From contig OZ223236.1 in assembly GCA_965140445.1 (NCBI GenBank), forward strand, positions 3,360,001 through 3,424,000: 64,000 nucleotides of DNA, in the 5' to 3' direction. Origin of the DNA: Candidatus Ozemobacteraceae bacterium (GTDB lineage: Bacteria > Muiribacteriota > Ozemobacteria > Ozemobacterales > Ozemobacteraceae). A program made the translations under genes and the position numbers. The notes under the pieces were generated by a model that had not been told where the DNA came from, did no database searches, and worked only from the letters and a program-made list of their open reading frames with translations. Positions 41,678 to 51,308 of this stretch are shown here, one piece after another (position 1 is the stretch's first letter; every line of letters starts with the position of its first letter).

Positions 41678-43727
41678 TTTTTTTCGTCAGAAAAAACTTA
41701 AATTTAAAATATTACTGGTTTTTGCAGTAATTCTTATTATTCCAATGGCTATCTTAATGTGGGCTGCCTTAAAAAGGACAACTCAGGTAGCCAGGGCAGA
41801 CTTCAACAGAAGATTAGGTTACGCAACCAATCTTTTCAGGGAAAGCCTTGAAGATCAAATGGACACTCTTAAAATCCGCGCAAAAACCGTCGCGGATTTT
41901 GATTTTTATTATATGGCTGCTTCAGGCTTCAGTGCCTCAGGAACAAGGCCCCTGATGCAATATGAGCTGGGTCGTTCAGGCCTGGATTTCATTTCTATTG
42001 TTGAAAACCGGCAGGATATTATTCTGGATGAGGGAGTAATTCCTTTTGACTCACTTTCAAAGATTATTCCGGCAATTTGTTATTCTCCTTTGTCTGTTAA
42101 TATGTTTATTCTCGGAGATGAGCCCTGGATATTTGCAGCAGCTCGTATTACAAAGCTTCGAACCGATGTTCCCAAACATGTAGTTTTTGCACAAAGATTG
42201 CCCAGAGATTTTGCAGATAAGCTAAAAAGCCTTACGGGAGCAGAGTTTAGTCTTTTATATGCAGGAAAAAGAGTTCTAACAACTCAAATGGATAACTACA
42301 GCAAAAGAAAGTCCGGAATTATGACAGATAACCCTGACATAAAAGAAGGCCACATGGAAATCTTGGGCAAATCTCACTACTTTGTCAGAGGTGAAGCTCT
42401 AAGAGGAAAAATCTCAGAAACCATCCGCCTGGAAATCTCTTTGCCAGATTCTGAATACAATATTCTAGGAAGAACCATGAAGAGAGACTTTATTTTCTTC
42501 AGCATTCTTGGAATCCTTCTCGCATTAGTAACCGGAACGATCCTGTCTTATCACATCGCCGGCCCGATCAATCTACTGGCACAGAATACCAGCCATATTG
42601 CTGAGGGAAAACTTGAGGTAGAGGTATCACTAGACCGTTTTGACGAGATTGGTATTTTAAGCCGGAATTTTTCTGAAATGGTTTCTAATCTCAAAGAAGA
42701 AAGAGACCTCAAAGAAAGAAGGATGAACGAGTTAAAAACTTTGTTTAAAGTTAGTAACGCCGTAAACCTTTTTACCGAATCTGAAGATCTTTTAAAGTTC
42801 GTTTTAAATCATTCAATTGAAGTGTTAGATGCTGAACGTGGCTCAATAATGCTATTGGATGACCAGACAGACGAATTAATGGTAAAAGTTGCATCGGGGG
42901 GAAGATACAGAATAATTTCAGGAACCCCGGTTAAGCTTGGAGCTGGTGTTTGCGGTCTTGTTGCCCAGGAAGGCGTGGGCAAAATCTGTAATGACGGTTT
43001 CAAGAATCCAAATTTCAAGAATTTCGGCAGTCTTCTTCCGGTTGAAGACATATCAAGCCTGATTTGTTCGCCACTCAAGTTCAAAGAAGGAACAATTGGC
43101 GTAATTAATATTGTAAATAAACGCACCGGAAGAGAATTCAACGAAAATGATCTTTCCCTCCTGAATTTGATTGCTTCTCAAGCTGCAGTAACTATTGAAA
43201 ATAACAAGCTGTATGAGCTTTCAATAACCGATGGTATGACACGTCTCTATGTCCATAGATATTTCCAGGCTCGTTTGTCTGAAGAAATGCTCAGAGCACG
43301 CCGCTATGGTTTAACTCTCTCACTTATAATGATTGATATTGATAACTTTAAAAAGTTTAATGATACCTATGGTCACCAAACTGGCGATCAGGTTATTCAA
43401 AAGGTTGCTCAAGCTATTAAAGATACAATCCGTATTGGAATTGACATTCCTTGTAGATACGGCGGAGAAGAGTTGTCTGTAATTCTTCCGGAAACCAGAG
43501 CAGATGAATCATTTCAAACTGCTGAAAGAATAAGAGAAAAAATTAATTCCGTTGCCATTCCTCACTCAAGTGGTGACCTGAAAGTAACAGTCAGTATCGG
43601 AATCTCTTCTTATCCTAATGACGCGCACGACAAAGAAAGCTTAATAAAAATGGCTGACAAGGCTCTTTATGTAAGTAAAGGAAATGGCAAGAACCAGTCG
43701 ACTCTTGCTGGAACTATTCAGGTTTAA
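41664..43727 (+). CDS. Membrane diguanylate cyclase (TM-extracytoplasmic sensor-TM-HAMP-GAF-GGDEF)
   Basis: DEIG HAMP; GAF; DIDNFKKFNDTYGH..GD, RYGGEEL. Confidence 0.92.
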   Translation: MPFINFFRQKKLKFKILLVFAVILIIPMAILMWAALKRTTQVARADFNRRLGYATNLFRESLEDQMDTLKIRAKTVADFDFYYMAASGFSASGTRPLMQYELGRSGLDFISIVENRQDIILDEGVIPFDSLSKIIPAICYSPLSVNMFILGDEPWIFAAARITKLRTDVPKHVVFAQRLPRDFADKLKSLTGAEFSLLYAGKRVLTTQMDNYSKRKSGIMTDNPDIKEGHMEILGKSHYFVRGEALRGKISETIRLEISLPDSEYNILGRTMKRDFIFFSILGILLALVTGTILSYHIAGPINLLAQNTSHIAEGKLEVEVSLDRFDEIGILSRNFSEMVSNLKEERDLKERRMNELKTLFKVSNAVNLFTESEDLLKFVLNHSIEVLDAERGSIMLLDDQTDELMVKVASGGRYRIISGTPVKLGAGVCGLVAQEGVGKICNDGFKNPNFKNFGSLLPVEDISSLICSPLKFKEGTIGVINIVNKRTGREFNENDLSLLNLIASQAAVTIENNKLYELSITDGMTRLYVHRYFQARLSEEMLRARRYGLTLSLIMIDIDNFKKFNDTYGHQTGDQVIQKVAQAIKDTIRIGIDIPCRYGGEELSVILPETRADESFQTAERIREKINSVAIPHSSGDLKVTVSIGISSYPNDAHDKESLIKMADKALYVSKGNGKNQSTLAGTIQV

Positions 43728-43732
43728 TAATA

Positions 43733-44659
43733 ATGTTTGCAAAATTTGCCCCTTTTTTCCTGCTTGCCTGTGGGATCTTAAGAAGTACCGACCTGTTTTT
43801 TCGTACCCCGATTATAAAAAAAATCCCGATTCTTACTCTTATCAGTTGGGAACACTTTGTAAATTTTCTGCTGGTTCTTCCACTGATATTTATTTTCAGA
43901 AAGGAATATAAAAAGCTAAATCTTAAAGACTTCGGGCTTTTCTGCCTGATCGGATTTGGTGCTTCAGCCCTTGGAATTCTTTGTTTTACAGAAGCTTTTG
44001 CTTTTATGAATCCGGCATTAGCTGTATTGCTTCAAAAACTTCAACCCATTTTTTCGATTGCTTTAGGAGTAATTGTCTTAAAAGAAAAACCTAAAAAAGG
44101 ATTTTTCCTCTGGGCAGCCGTTGCCATATTGGCTTCTTATCTTGTTTCTTTTGGCACAACTAACCCCTTTTCAGGAGAAGGATACAAAATCGCCATTGGT
44201 TCGTTTTTTGCTTTGGCAGCAGCTTTCTTTTGGGGCGGAGGAACCATCTGGGGTAAAATTCTTCTAAAGAAATACAACCAGGGATTCCTTGTAGCCAACA
44301 GGTTTTTGTTTGGTTTTGCCTTTTGTCTGGTTCTTTCGTTTGCAACAGGAAAAGGAACAGGCATTGAGCTTGTAATGGCAAATGGAAGCGATAACTTGTG
44401 GAGTATCTTTTATATGGCAACCATTTCCGGACTTATCGCCACTTCTTTCTTTTACTCTGGTTTAAGATGGGTAGACGCTACTCTGGCTTCTATTCTGGAG
44501 CTGGTATTCCCCTTCTCTTCTGTTGCAATAATGTGGATGTTTTTCAATCGACCAATTTCAACGGTCCAGATTTTTGCTTCCGCTGTTTTGTTTTTCTCAA
44601 TGTACAAAATAGCAAAAGGCGGGCAGAAAAAACTGGAAGAAGAAAAGGAAGTAGCCTGA
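43733..44659 (+). CDS. EamA/DMT family transporter
   Basis: About ten TMs in two repeats; LLQKLQPIF...LKE. Confidence 0.85.
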   Translation: MFAKFAPFFLLACGILRSTDLFFRTPIIKKIPILTLISWEHFVNFLLVLPLIFIFRKEYKKLNLKDFGLFCLIGFGASALGILCFTEAFAFMNPALAVLLQKLQPIFSIALGVIVLKEKPKKGFFLWAAVAILASYLVSFGTTNPFSGEGYKIAIGSFFALAAAFFWGGGTIWGKILLKKYNQGFLVANRFLFGFAFCLVLSFATGKGTGIELVMANGSDNLWSIFYMATISGLIATSFFYSGLRWVDATLASILELVFPFSSVAIMWMFFNRPISTVQIFASAVLFFSMYKIAKGGQKKLEEEKEVA

Positions 44660-44675
44660 GCCTTTTTTTCGGCTT

Positions 44676-45011
44676 TTATTCAGCTTTAAGTATCATTTGA
44701 TAAATGCGATACTTTTTTTGATAATCCGCAAGGGCCTGTAGGGTTTCCATGGTTTGCGGTCCACTTTCCCTGGTCAATCTTACATATTCATTATAGGCAA
44801 AAAGATATTCCTTGTGAGCCATTTCAACAGGGGAAAGATTTATGTTTGAAGCCTGAGTTGCACCCTTTGTCGTTGTCCCCTCTATGGGCAGGGTTCCTGT
44901 GGCTTGGTGCACAACTTCACCTTCGGGTTTTGCCAATTCTGGTGACTTTTGATTGCACCCAAACAGCAAGCCTGAAGTTAACATTATGAAAAAAACTATT
45001 TTTTTATTCAT
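44676..45011 (-). CDS. Hypothetical lipoprotein
   Basis: Lipobox LFGC after a hydrophobic signal. Confidence 0.65.
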   Translation of the reverse strand: MNKKIVFFIMLTSGLLFGCNQKSPELAKPEGEVVHQATGTLPIEGTTTKGATQASNINLSPVEMAHKEYLFAYNEYVRLTRESGPQTMETLQALADYQKKYRIYQMILKAE

Positions 45012-45250
45012 CTTGCGAAGCCTTTCGGATCAATTATAAGTATATGAAAGGCTGTTGTCAAGCCGATAGCAAAGTTGATTAAATGGAGTTTTCCCCCGAG
45101 AGTTTTGTAAAAAAATTTATTACTTGAATTAAAGGCTTAAAACAGTGTATCATATTTCGTTTTAAGAGGTGAGGAGGAACTACCTTTTGCCTCCTGCATT
45201 TTTGTCTCAAAGAATTTATTGAGATAAACAGCCCAGGAAAGGGGAGAAAT

Positions 45251-46426
45251 ATGAAAACTGTTCTCGAAAAAGGAACCATTTTTTATCAAGGAAAATTCCA
45301 GGAACTAGGAAGACTGGTAATTGAAAAAGGTAAGATTTCAGAAATAACACTTGCATCAACCAAAGCCAAAAAAGCCAAAGCAACAACCACAAAAAAGAAA
45401 TCTGAAGCCTCTGAAAAGGTCGTCGATTGTTCTGATAAGTTTATTTTACCAGGATTTATCGATGCTCATACCCACGTTAGTTTGGAAGAAGAGGGTGTAG
45501 GCTATTTTGACGATGATTTAAACGAATCTTATGGTCTTGCTACTCCCCAGGTTAGAGCTTTTGACGCAGTAAAAATGAGAGATCGTGCATTTAAAGATGC
45601 GCTTTCAGGTGGAGTTACAACAGTAATGATTACTCCAGGCTCTGCTAATCCTATTGGTGGCCAGTGCTGCATCATGAAAGTAGTTGGAAATATTGCTGAA
45701 GACGGCGTAGTTAAAGAAAGTTCCGGAATGAAATTTGCTTTTGGCGAAAATCCAAAGCACATTTATGGCGGACAGAAAAAATTCCCTTCAACACGCATGG
45801 GTACCGCGGCTGTCATCAGAGAAATGTTGATGAAAGCTCAGGACTACAGCAAAAAGAAAAAATCAAAAGAATTTAGAGATAGAGAAATCCAGATGGAAGC
45901 CCTTCTTCCTTTGATAGAAGGCAAAATTCAAGCCAGAGCACATGCTCATCAGGCAGACGACATTATTACTGCCTATAGAATAGCTCAGGAATTCAATCTT
46001 GATCTAATCTTCGATCATTGTACCGAAGGACATCTTATCGCAAAAGAACTCGGAAAATGGAAAGCTAGAGCGGTTGTAGGACCAAGTTTTTCAACTCGCG
46101 GTAAACCTGAATTAAAAAATAAAACCTTTAAAACTGTTGAAGCTTTGATGGACGAAGGTTGTGTAGTTGCCCTGACTACTGATCATCCGGTAATGCCAAT
46201 TGAAGGCTTAAATGTAAGCGCAGCAATGTGTGTAAGATACGGCCTGGATGAAGAAAGAGCAATCAAGGCAATTACTGAAAATCCTGCCATTATTCTTGGC
46301 CTGGATAAAAAATTAGGTAAACTTGAGGTTGGATTTGATGCGGACGTAGTTGTTTGGAATAACCATCCGTTAGATGTACGTTCCCGCCCGGAAGCTGTTT
46401 TTGTAGACGGTAACCAAGCACTATAA
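45251..46426 (+). CDS. Metal-dependent amidohydrolase
   Basis: PGFIDAHTH, KFAFGENPK, HAH, DHCTE, TTDHP. Confidence 0.88.
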   Translation: MKTVLEKGTIFYQGKFQELGRLVIEKGKISEITLASTKAKKAKATTTKKKSEASEKVVDCSDKFILPGFIDAHTHVSLEEEGVGYFDDDLNESYGLATPQVRAFDAVKMRDRAFKDALSGGVTTVMITPGSANPIGGQCCIMKVVGNIAEDGVVKESSGMKFAFGENPKHIYGGQKKFPSTRMGTAAVIREMLMKAQDYSKKKKSKEFRDREIQMEALLPLIEGKIQARAHAHQADDIITAYRIAQEFNLDLIFDHCTEGHLIAKELGKWKARAVVGPSFSTRGKPELKNKTFKTVEALMDEGCVVALTTDHPVMPIEGLNVSAAMCVRYGLDEERAIKAITENPAIILGLDKKLGKLEVGFDADVVVWNNHPLDVRSRPEAVFVDGNQAL

Positions 46427-46449
46427 ATCCAACAAAGTTGAGAGCTAGT

Positions 46450-47622
46450 ATGTCAATTATTTTTAATAACGTTAGAATCTCCATGAGCGGGACTTTCTTT
46501 CCCGGTCAGAAGGTTCTTGTTGAAAAAGGGAAAATTGCATCCGTTGGCTCCCGCATCCTTAAAAATGTAAGAAAAAAAATAGAATGTGATCAAAAATTTC
46601 TTGTTGCTGGTTTAATAGATGCTCATAGTCACCTAGGGCTTTTTGATAATGGTTATTCCATTCCAGGAACTGGAAACGACGTTGCGGAAGTCTTTGCAGA
46701 AATCACACCACATCTAAGACCATTAGATGGTGTAAGAATGAAAGACAGGTCCCTGGAAGACGCCAGAAGAGCTGGAGTTACCACTTGCATGGTGTGCCCC
46801 GGTTCTGATCTTCCAATAGCTGGACAATGTTCAATTCTAAAAACCAATGGTAACTCAGCTGATGTTGGCTTAATTGTCGAACAGGCTGGAGTACTGATCT
46901 CAATTGGTGAAAAGCCAAAAATGGCAGCAAAGCAAAGAGAATCCGGAGTTCAAACCAGAATGGGTATTTCTTCTTTAATTAGAGAAACCCTGATGAAAGC
47001 TCAGGATTATTACGCACAAAAGATCAGTAAAAAAGGACTGCGGGATAGAGATATTAAAATGGAAGCTCTTATCCCCCTGATAAAACAGGAAATTCCATTG
47101 AGGGCTGTTGCTCATCGAGCAGATGATATTATGGCCGCAATCAGAATTGCCGAAGAATTCGATTTGAAACTCGTAATAGAACACGGAACCGAAGCTTATC
47201 TAATTGCAGATATTCTCGCAGAGAAAAAGATTCCAGTTGTTCTGGGTCCAAGCTTGATTCCTCAATTAAGAACCGAGCTCCGTGAAAAGAGCTTTGAAAG
47301 TGCCAGGATTCTTGTGGATAAAGGCGTAAAAATTGCATTAACTTGCGATTATCCTGGACTACCTATAGAAACATTACGTGTTGCTGCAGCTATGGCTGTT
47401 CAATACGGCATGGACGAAAAATCTGCTTTAAAAGCTATTACTGAATGGCCAGCAGAAATTCTCGGAGTTTCATCCAGAATCGGAAAGATTAAAAAGGGTT
47501 ACGACGCTGATCTCGCTCTTTTTTCTGGTCACCCATTAGACATTAGATCCAAATTAGATGCTTTGGTTGTTGATGGCGACTTGTTCATCTTCTCTGATGA
47601 CCTGGAAATTATTGAAGAATAA
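46450..47622 (+). CDS. Amidohydrolase paralog with altered metal ligands
   Basis: IDAHSH, LISIGEKPK, VAHRADD, EHGTE, TCDYP. Confidence 0.85.
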   Translation: MSIIFNNVRISMSGTFFPGQKVLVEKGKIASVGSRILKNVRKKIECDQKFLVAGLIDAHSHLGLFDNGYSIPGTGNDVAEVFAEITPHLRPLDGVRMKDRSLEDARRAGVTTCMVCPGSDLPIAGQCSILKTNGNSADVGLIVEQAGVLISIGEKPKMAAKQRESGVQTRMGISSLIRETLMKAQDYYAQKISKKGLRDRDIKMEALIPLIKQEIPLRAVAHRADDIMAAIRIAEEFDLKLVIEHGTEAYLIADILAEKKIPVVLGPSLIPQLRTELREKSFESARILVDKGVKIALTCDYPGLPIETLRVAAAMAVQYGMDEKSALKAITEWPAEILGVSSRIGKIKKGYDADLALFSGHPLDIRSKLDALVVDGDLFIFSDDLEIIEE

Positions 47623-47628
47623 ATAATT

Positions 47629-47671
47629 AAAAATGCCGTTTTACTTAATTGTAAAACGGCATTTTTTTTTT
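47629..47671. terminator. Bidirectional intrinsic terminator
   Basis: AAAAATGCCGTTTTAC/GTAAAACGGCATTTTT perfect stem. Confidence 0.85.
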
Positions 47672-47692
47672 GCAAATTTTGTAACAATAGGC

Positions 47693-47917
47693 TTATTTTC
47701 TGGCCTTAACAAAGCGATAAACAGGAAGGTTTTCAAAGCCTTTAATCGTAGTAAAAGCAGCTCGCTTTTTCTTTTTTATCCCTTCATCATTTGCAGACTG
47801 CGGTGGAAAAGTTTTCTGCCCTCGCCCGCCCTGAATAGCTTTGCGGCGAGCCAGTTTTTTCATGATTTCGTCGATCATTACGCTTTTGTTGAAAGGAACA
47901 AACCTTATTTTTTTCAT
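47693..47917 (-). CDS. Small basic hypothetical protein
   Basis: 74-aa Lys/Arg-rich ORF ending at the bidirectional terminator. Confidence 0.4.
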   Translation of the reverse strand: MKKIRFVPFNKSVMIDEIMKKLARRKAIQGGRGQKTFPPQSANDEGIKKKKRAAFTTIKGFENLPVYRFVKARK

Positions 47918-48076
47918 ATATAGAATTTAGCATAGGTTTGTAATACTGGCAATCGACTTAATTCAAAAAACTATCAGGATGATTCCTTGGGCTTAAGCGC
48001 TAAAACACTGGAAATTAGATGAAAACGAGGAAAAATTATGCTATTCTTCAAATCAACAAACAGAAGGTGAAAAAAA

Positions 48077-49486
48077 ATGACAAAAACAGAAATACAATTA
48101 GAAAATAAGATTTTTGTAAACAGAACCTTAAACCTCAATAGCATTAAGCTAATAGGTTTTGATATGGATTATACGCTTGCAACATACAATGTTCCGGTTT
48201 TTGAAGAGAAAGCATATTCGATAATCCAGAATAAATTGATTGAAAACTATGATTACCCAAAAGATATATTAGATCTTAAATTTGATAAAAACTTTATTAT
48301 CCGTGGTCTGGTTATAGACACCGAGAATGGCAACGTTTTAAAGGTAAATCAGTTTGGATTTGTTAGAAAAGCATCCCATGGAACCAGATTTTTTACATTT
48401 GAAGAACAAAAAGAGCTTTTCGGCCCAAAAAACATTGATCTTTCTGATCCAGTTTATTACATCATTCACACCCTCTTCTCATTAGCGGAAGGCTGTATTT
48501 ATGCCCAGCTGGTAGACTATTATGATGAGAGAGATATAAAGGTTAATTATAAAAAGCTTTTTAGAGATGTTAGAAAATCTCTAAATGACGCTCACCAGGA
48601 TGAAACCCTCAAAGGCGATATAATTGAAAATCCCTCAAAATACCTTATTCGCGACGAAAGAATCGTGAAAGCTCTCAAAAGGTTTAAAAAATTCGGGAAA
48701 AAAATAGCCTTAATTACCAATTCTGACTATGACTACAGCCGAAAGGTTATGGATTATTGTTTCAGCCCTTATTTAAAAGAACCCTGGCAGGATCTTTTTG
48801 ATTTAATAATCGTGGCTGCCAATAAACCCGCCTATTTCACAGAAAAACATAGATACCTGAAAGTAGACCCGGAAACAGGATTACTTTCAAATTTCTTCGG
48901 AAAAATTAATTGGCATGAAATTTATCAAGGCGGTAACGCTGAAATTCTTGAAAAGAATCTAAAGCTTTCCCCATCAGAGATTCTTTATATTGGCGATCAC
49001 ATTCTGGGTGACGTTGTTACCCTTAAAGAAGCAATTGGATGGAGAACCGGATTGGTAATCCAGGAGCTTGAGGAAGAAGTCCCAATTTTGCAGAATTCTT
49101 CCCATATTCACCAAAAGATCGCCAAAAAAATGGAAGAGAAGGAAGCCATTGAAAATAGAATTCTTCAAATCAGAGAAAAACTTTGGGGACAAAAGTCTGA
49201 CCAAAAGCTCTCCGATGAGTGGGATCGCCTCCGTGATGAAACTAAAGAACTGGACGATTTGATTCGCCAGCTAATTTTTGACTCTCAAAAAGATTTCAAT
49301 CCATATTGGGGTGAAGTAATGCGGGCAGGCAATGAAATATCTCGATTCGCTACTCTGGTGGAGCGATATGCGTGCATTTACATGTCCAGTGTTGCAAATT
49401 TAAGCTATTATTCGCCCTTTAAATATTTTAGATCACAAAGAAGATTTCTTGCGCATGATATCTTGCCATGCGAATCTGAGAAATAA
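48077..49486 (+). CDS. HAD-IG family (cN-II-like) 5'-nucleotidase
   Basis: IFVNR, GFDMDYTL, ITNS, ANKP, YIGDHILGD. Confidence 0.9.
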   Translation: MTKTEIQLENKIFVNRTLNLNSIKLIGFDMDYTLATYNVPVFEEKAYSIIQNKLIENYDYPKDILDLKFDKNFIIRGLVIDTENGNVLKVNQFGFVRKASHGTRFFTFEEQKELFGPKNIDLSDPVYYIIHTLFSLAEGCIYAQLVDYYDERDIKVNYKKLFRDVRKSLNDAHQDETLKGDIIENPSKYLIRDERIVKALKRFKKFGKKIALITNSDYDYSRKVMDYCFSPYLKEPWQDLFDLIIVAANKPAYFTEKHRYLKVDPETGLLSNFFGKINWHEIYQGGNAEILEKNLKLSPSEILYIGDHILGDVVTLKEAIGWRTGLVIQELEEEVPILQNSSHIHQKIAKKMEEKEAIENRILQIREKLWGQKSDQKLSDEWDRLRDETKELDDLIRQLIFDSQKDFNPYWGEVMRAGNEISRFATLVERYACIYMSSVANLSYYSPFKYFRSQRRFLAHDILPCESEK

Positions 49487-49615
49487 TTCCGTGCCCTATC
49501 TGCATATTTATTGAAACTTTTGCTTCAGAAAGCTTTTTGGCAGACTGAAAATAATAACACTATTGTTTTAGAGCAAAGCGTACGATAGATATAGTAGCTC
49601 AATTTGGGAGGATTT

Positions 49616-50458
49616 ATGAAAAGGTTTTATTTTATTGGAATTGCACTTATTTGTTTTATGTTTTGCAGTCTTTCTGCTTCTGCATCGTTAAGTCTTTTTG
49701 CTCAAGGGAAAACATTTTTTATTAATGTTCGTAATCAAAGCTATAGACCGATTTATAACGCCAGAGGTAGAGTTTCAGTAATAGGCAATTATGCGCAAAT
49801 TCAAGTTGAAGCACCTGGTTATAAATCTGCTCAGAAATCAATCAGAATAAATGAAGACACTAATAACTACAATGAAACAATAAGCCTCAGTGATCCAACT
49901 GTTTTTGCTGATGTTGTTGATTATGATGGTTTCACAATTGGTGGCGGATTCGTTTCCCATTATTCACAGACCATGTATTCTGCTGATGAATTTGGAATTA
50001 GAGGCGACTTTCCATGTAACGGTTTTGAAAATATGACTGAAGCTGATGTTCGTGTTCAAATTAATGGAATTTCAAGCTTCAGACCAAGAGTGTATTTGAG
50101 CAAAACTACTGACAGATGGAAATTCGAAATTATTTTGAATCGTAGAGAAATGCAGGAATTCAGCAATAGAATTAGAATCTTCTTTAAGCAAGATGCAACT
50201 GAAGGCGAAGAAAAGTCCTACGAAATAGTTACTCTTCTTGAAGATTATGAAAACAATACTGCCCAGCTTTCTTTCCTGCAGGACGAAGAAAATATCAATA
50301 TTTGCTACAACAGACTTGATTCAATTAAAAATCAACTTATCAGAGCTACAAATTCCATGGATAAAGGTGAATTAAATACCCTAATCAACTCAATGGATAA
50401 ATCTCATCCTCTATATAATTCAATTTTCCAAATCTGGCAATTTAACACCATCTATTAA
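49616..50458 (+). CDS. Hypothetical exported protein
   Basis: GGAGG RBS; signal peptide ending ASA. Confidence 0.7.
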   Translation: MKRFYFIGIALICFMFCSLSASASLSLFAQGKTFFINVRNQSYRPIYNARGRVSVIGNYAQIQVEAPGYKSAQKSIRINEDTNNYNETISLSDPTVFADVVDYDGFTIGGGFVSHYSQTMYSADEFGIRGDFPCNGFENMTEADVRVQINGISSFRPRVYLSKTTDRWKFEIILNRREMQEFSNRIRIFFKQDATEGEEKSYEIVTLLEDYENNTAQLSFLQDEENINICYNRLDSIKNQLIRATNSMDKGELNTLINSMDKSHPLYNSIFQIWQFNTIY

Positions 50459-50469
50459 AATAAAACCAT

Positions 50470-50514
50470 AAAGAAAAGGGCTGTTTGCTTTTGTAGACAG
50501 CCCTTTTCTTTTTT
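50470..50514 (+). terminator. Intrinsic terminator
   Basis: AAAGAAAAGGGCTGT/ACAGCCCTTTTCTTT stem plus T run. Confidence 0.8.
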
Positions 50515-50565
50515 AGAAAAACAGGTATGTTTAGAAAATAAACTAATTAAGCAGAGAGGTCTCTT

Positions 50566-51255
50566 ATGAAAAAACTAATTCTTTTGCGTCACGGCCAAAG
50601 TCAATGGAATCTTGAAAACCGCTTCACCGGTTGGACTGATGTTCCTTTATCCGAAAAAGGTATGTTAGAGGCAGCAGAAGCAGGAAAGAAGCTTCAGGCC
50701 GCGGGAATAACTGTAGACAAGGCATATACTTCCAGATTGAAAAGGGCTATCAAAACCCTATGGATCTGCCTTGAAGAAATGGATAGAATGTGGATTCCTG
50801 TGGAAAGAGACTGGCGATTAAATGAAAGGCATTACGGAGCTCTTCAGGGATTGAATAAGGCGGAAACAGCACAAAAGTATGGTGATGAGCAGGTTCATAT
50901 CTGGCGGAGATCATATGCCACCACCCCACCCCTGATAGAAAAAAACGATGAAAGATACCCCGGGCTAGACCCCAGATATTCAGATTTGACCGAACAGGAA
51001 ACACCGGTTGGTGAATCATTAAAAAATACCATTAAAAGGTTTTTACCACTTTGGGAGGAAAAAATTAAAAGGGAAATCCTTGAAACAGATAAAACCATTT
51101 TGATTGCTGCCCATGGTAACAGTTTGCGTGCACTGGTAATGATTCTTGATAAACTAAGTGAAGAACAGGTTCTGGATTTAAATATCCCTACTGGTGTGCC
51201 CTTGGTTTATGAACTTGACGAAAAAATCACTCCTCTTAAGCATTATTACCTCTAG
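50566..51255 (+). CDS. gpmA: 2,3-BPG-dependent phosphoglycerate mutase
   Basis: [31 protein letters not shown]. Confidence 0.96.
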   Translation: MKKLILLRHGQSQWNLENRFTGWTDVPLSEKGMLEAAEAGKKLQAAGITVDKAYTSRLKRAIKTLWICLEEMDRMWIPVERDWRLNERHYGALQGLNKAETAQKYGDEQVHIWRRSYATTPPLIEKNDERYPGLDPRYSDLTEQETPVGESLKNTIKRFLPLWEEKIKREILETDKTILIAAHGNSLRALVMILDKLSEEQVLDLNIPTGVPLVYELDEKITPLKHYYL

Positions 51256-51308
51256 CAAGCTTTTAGAGAAGTGATTTTTGAAAGATGAAAATCAGGGCTT
51301 AGTGTAAA

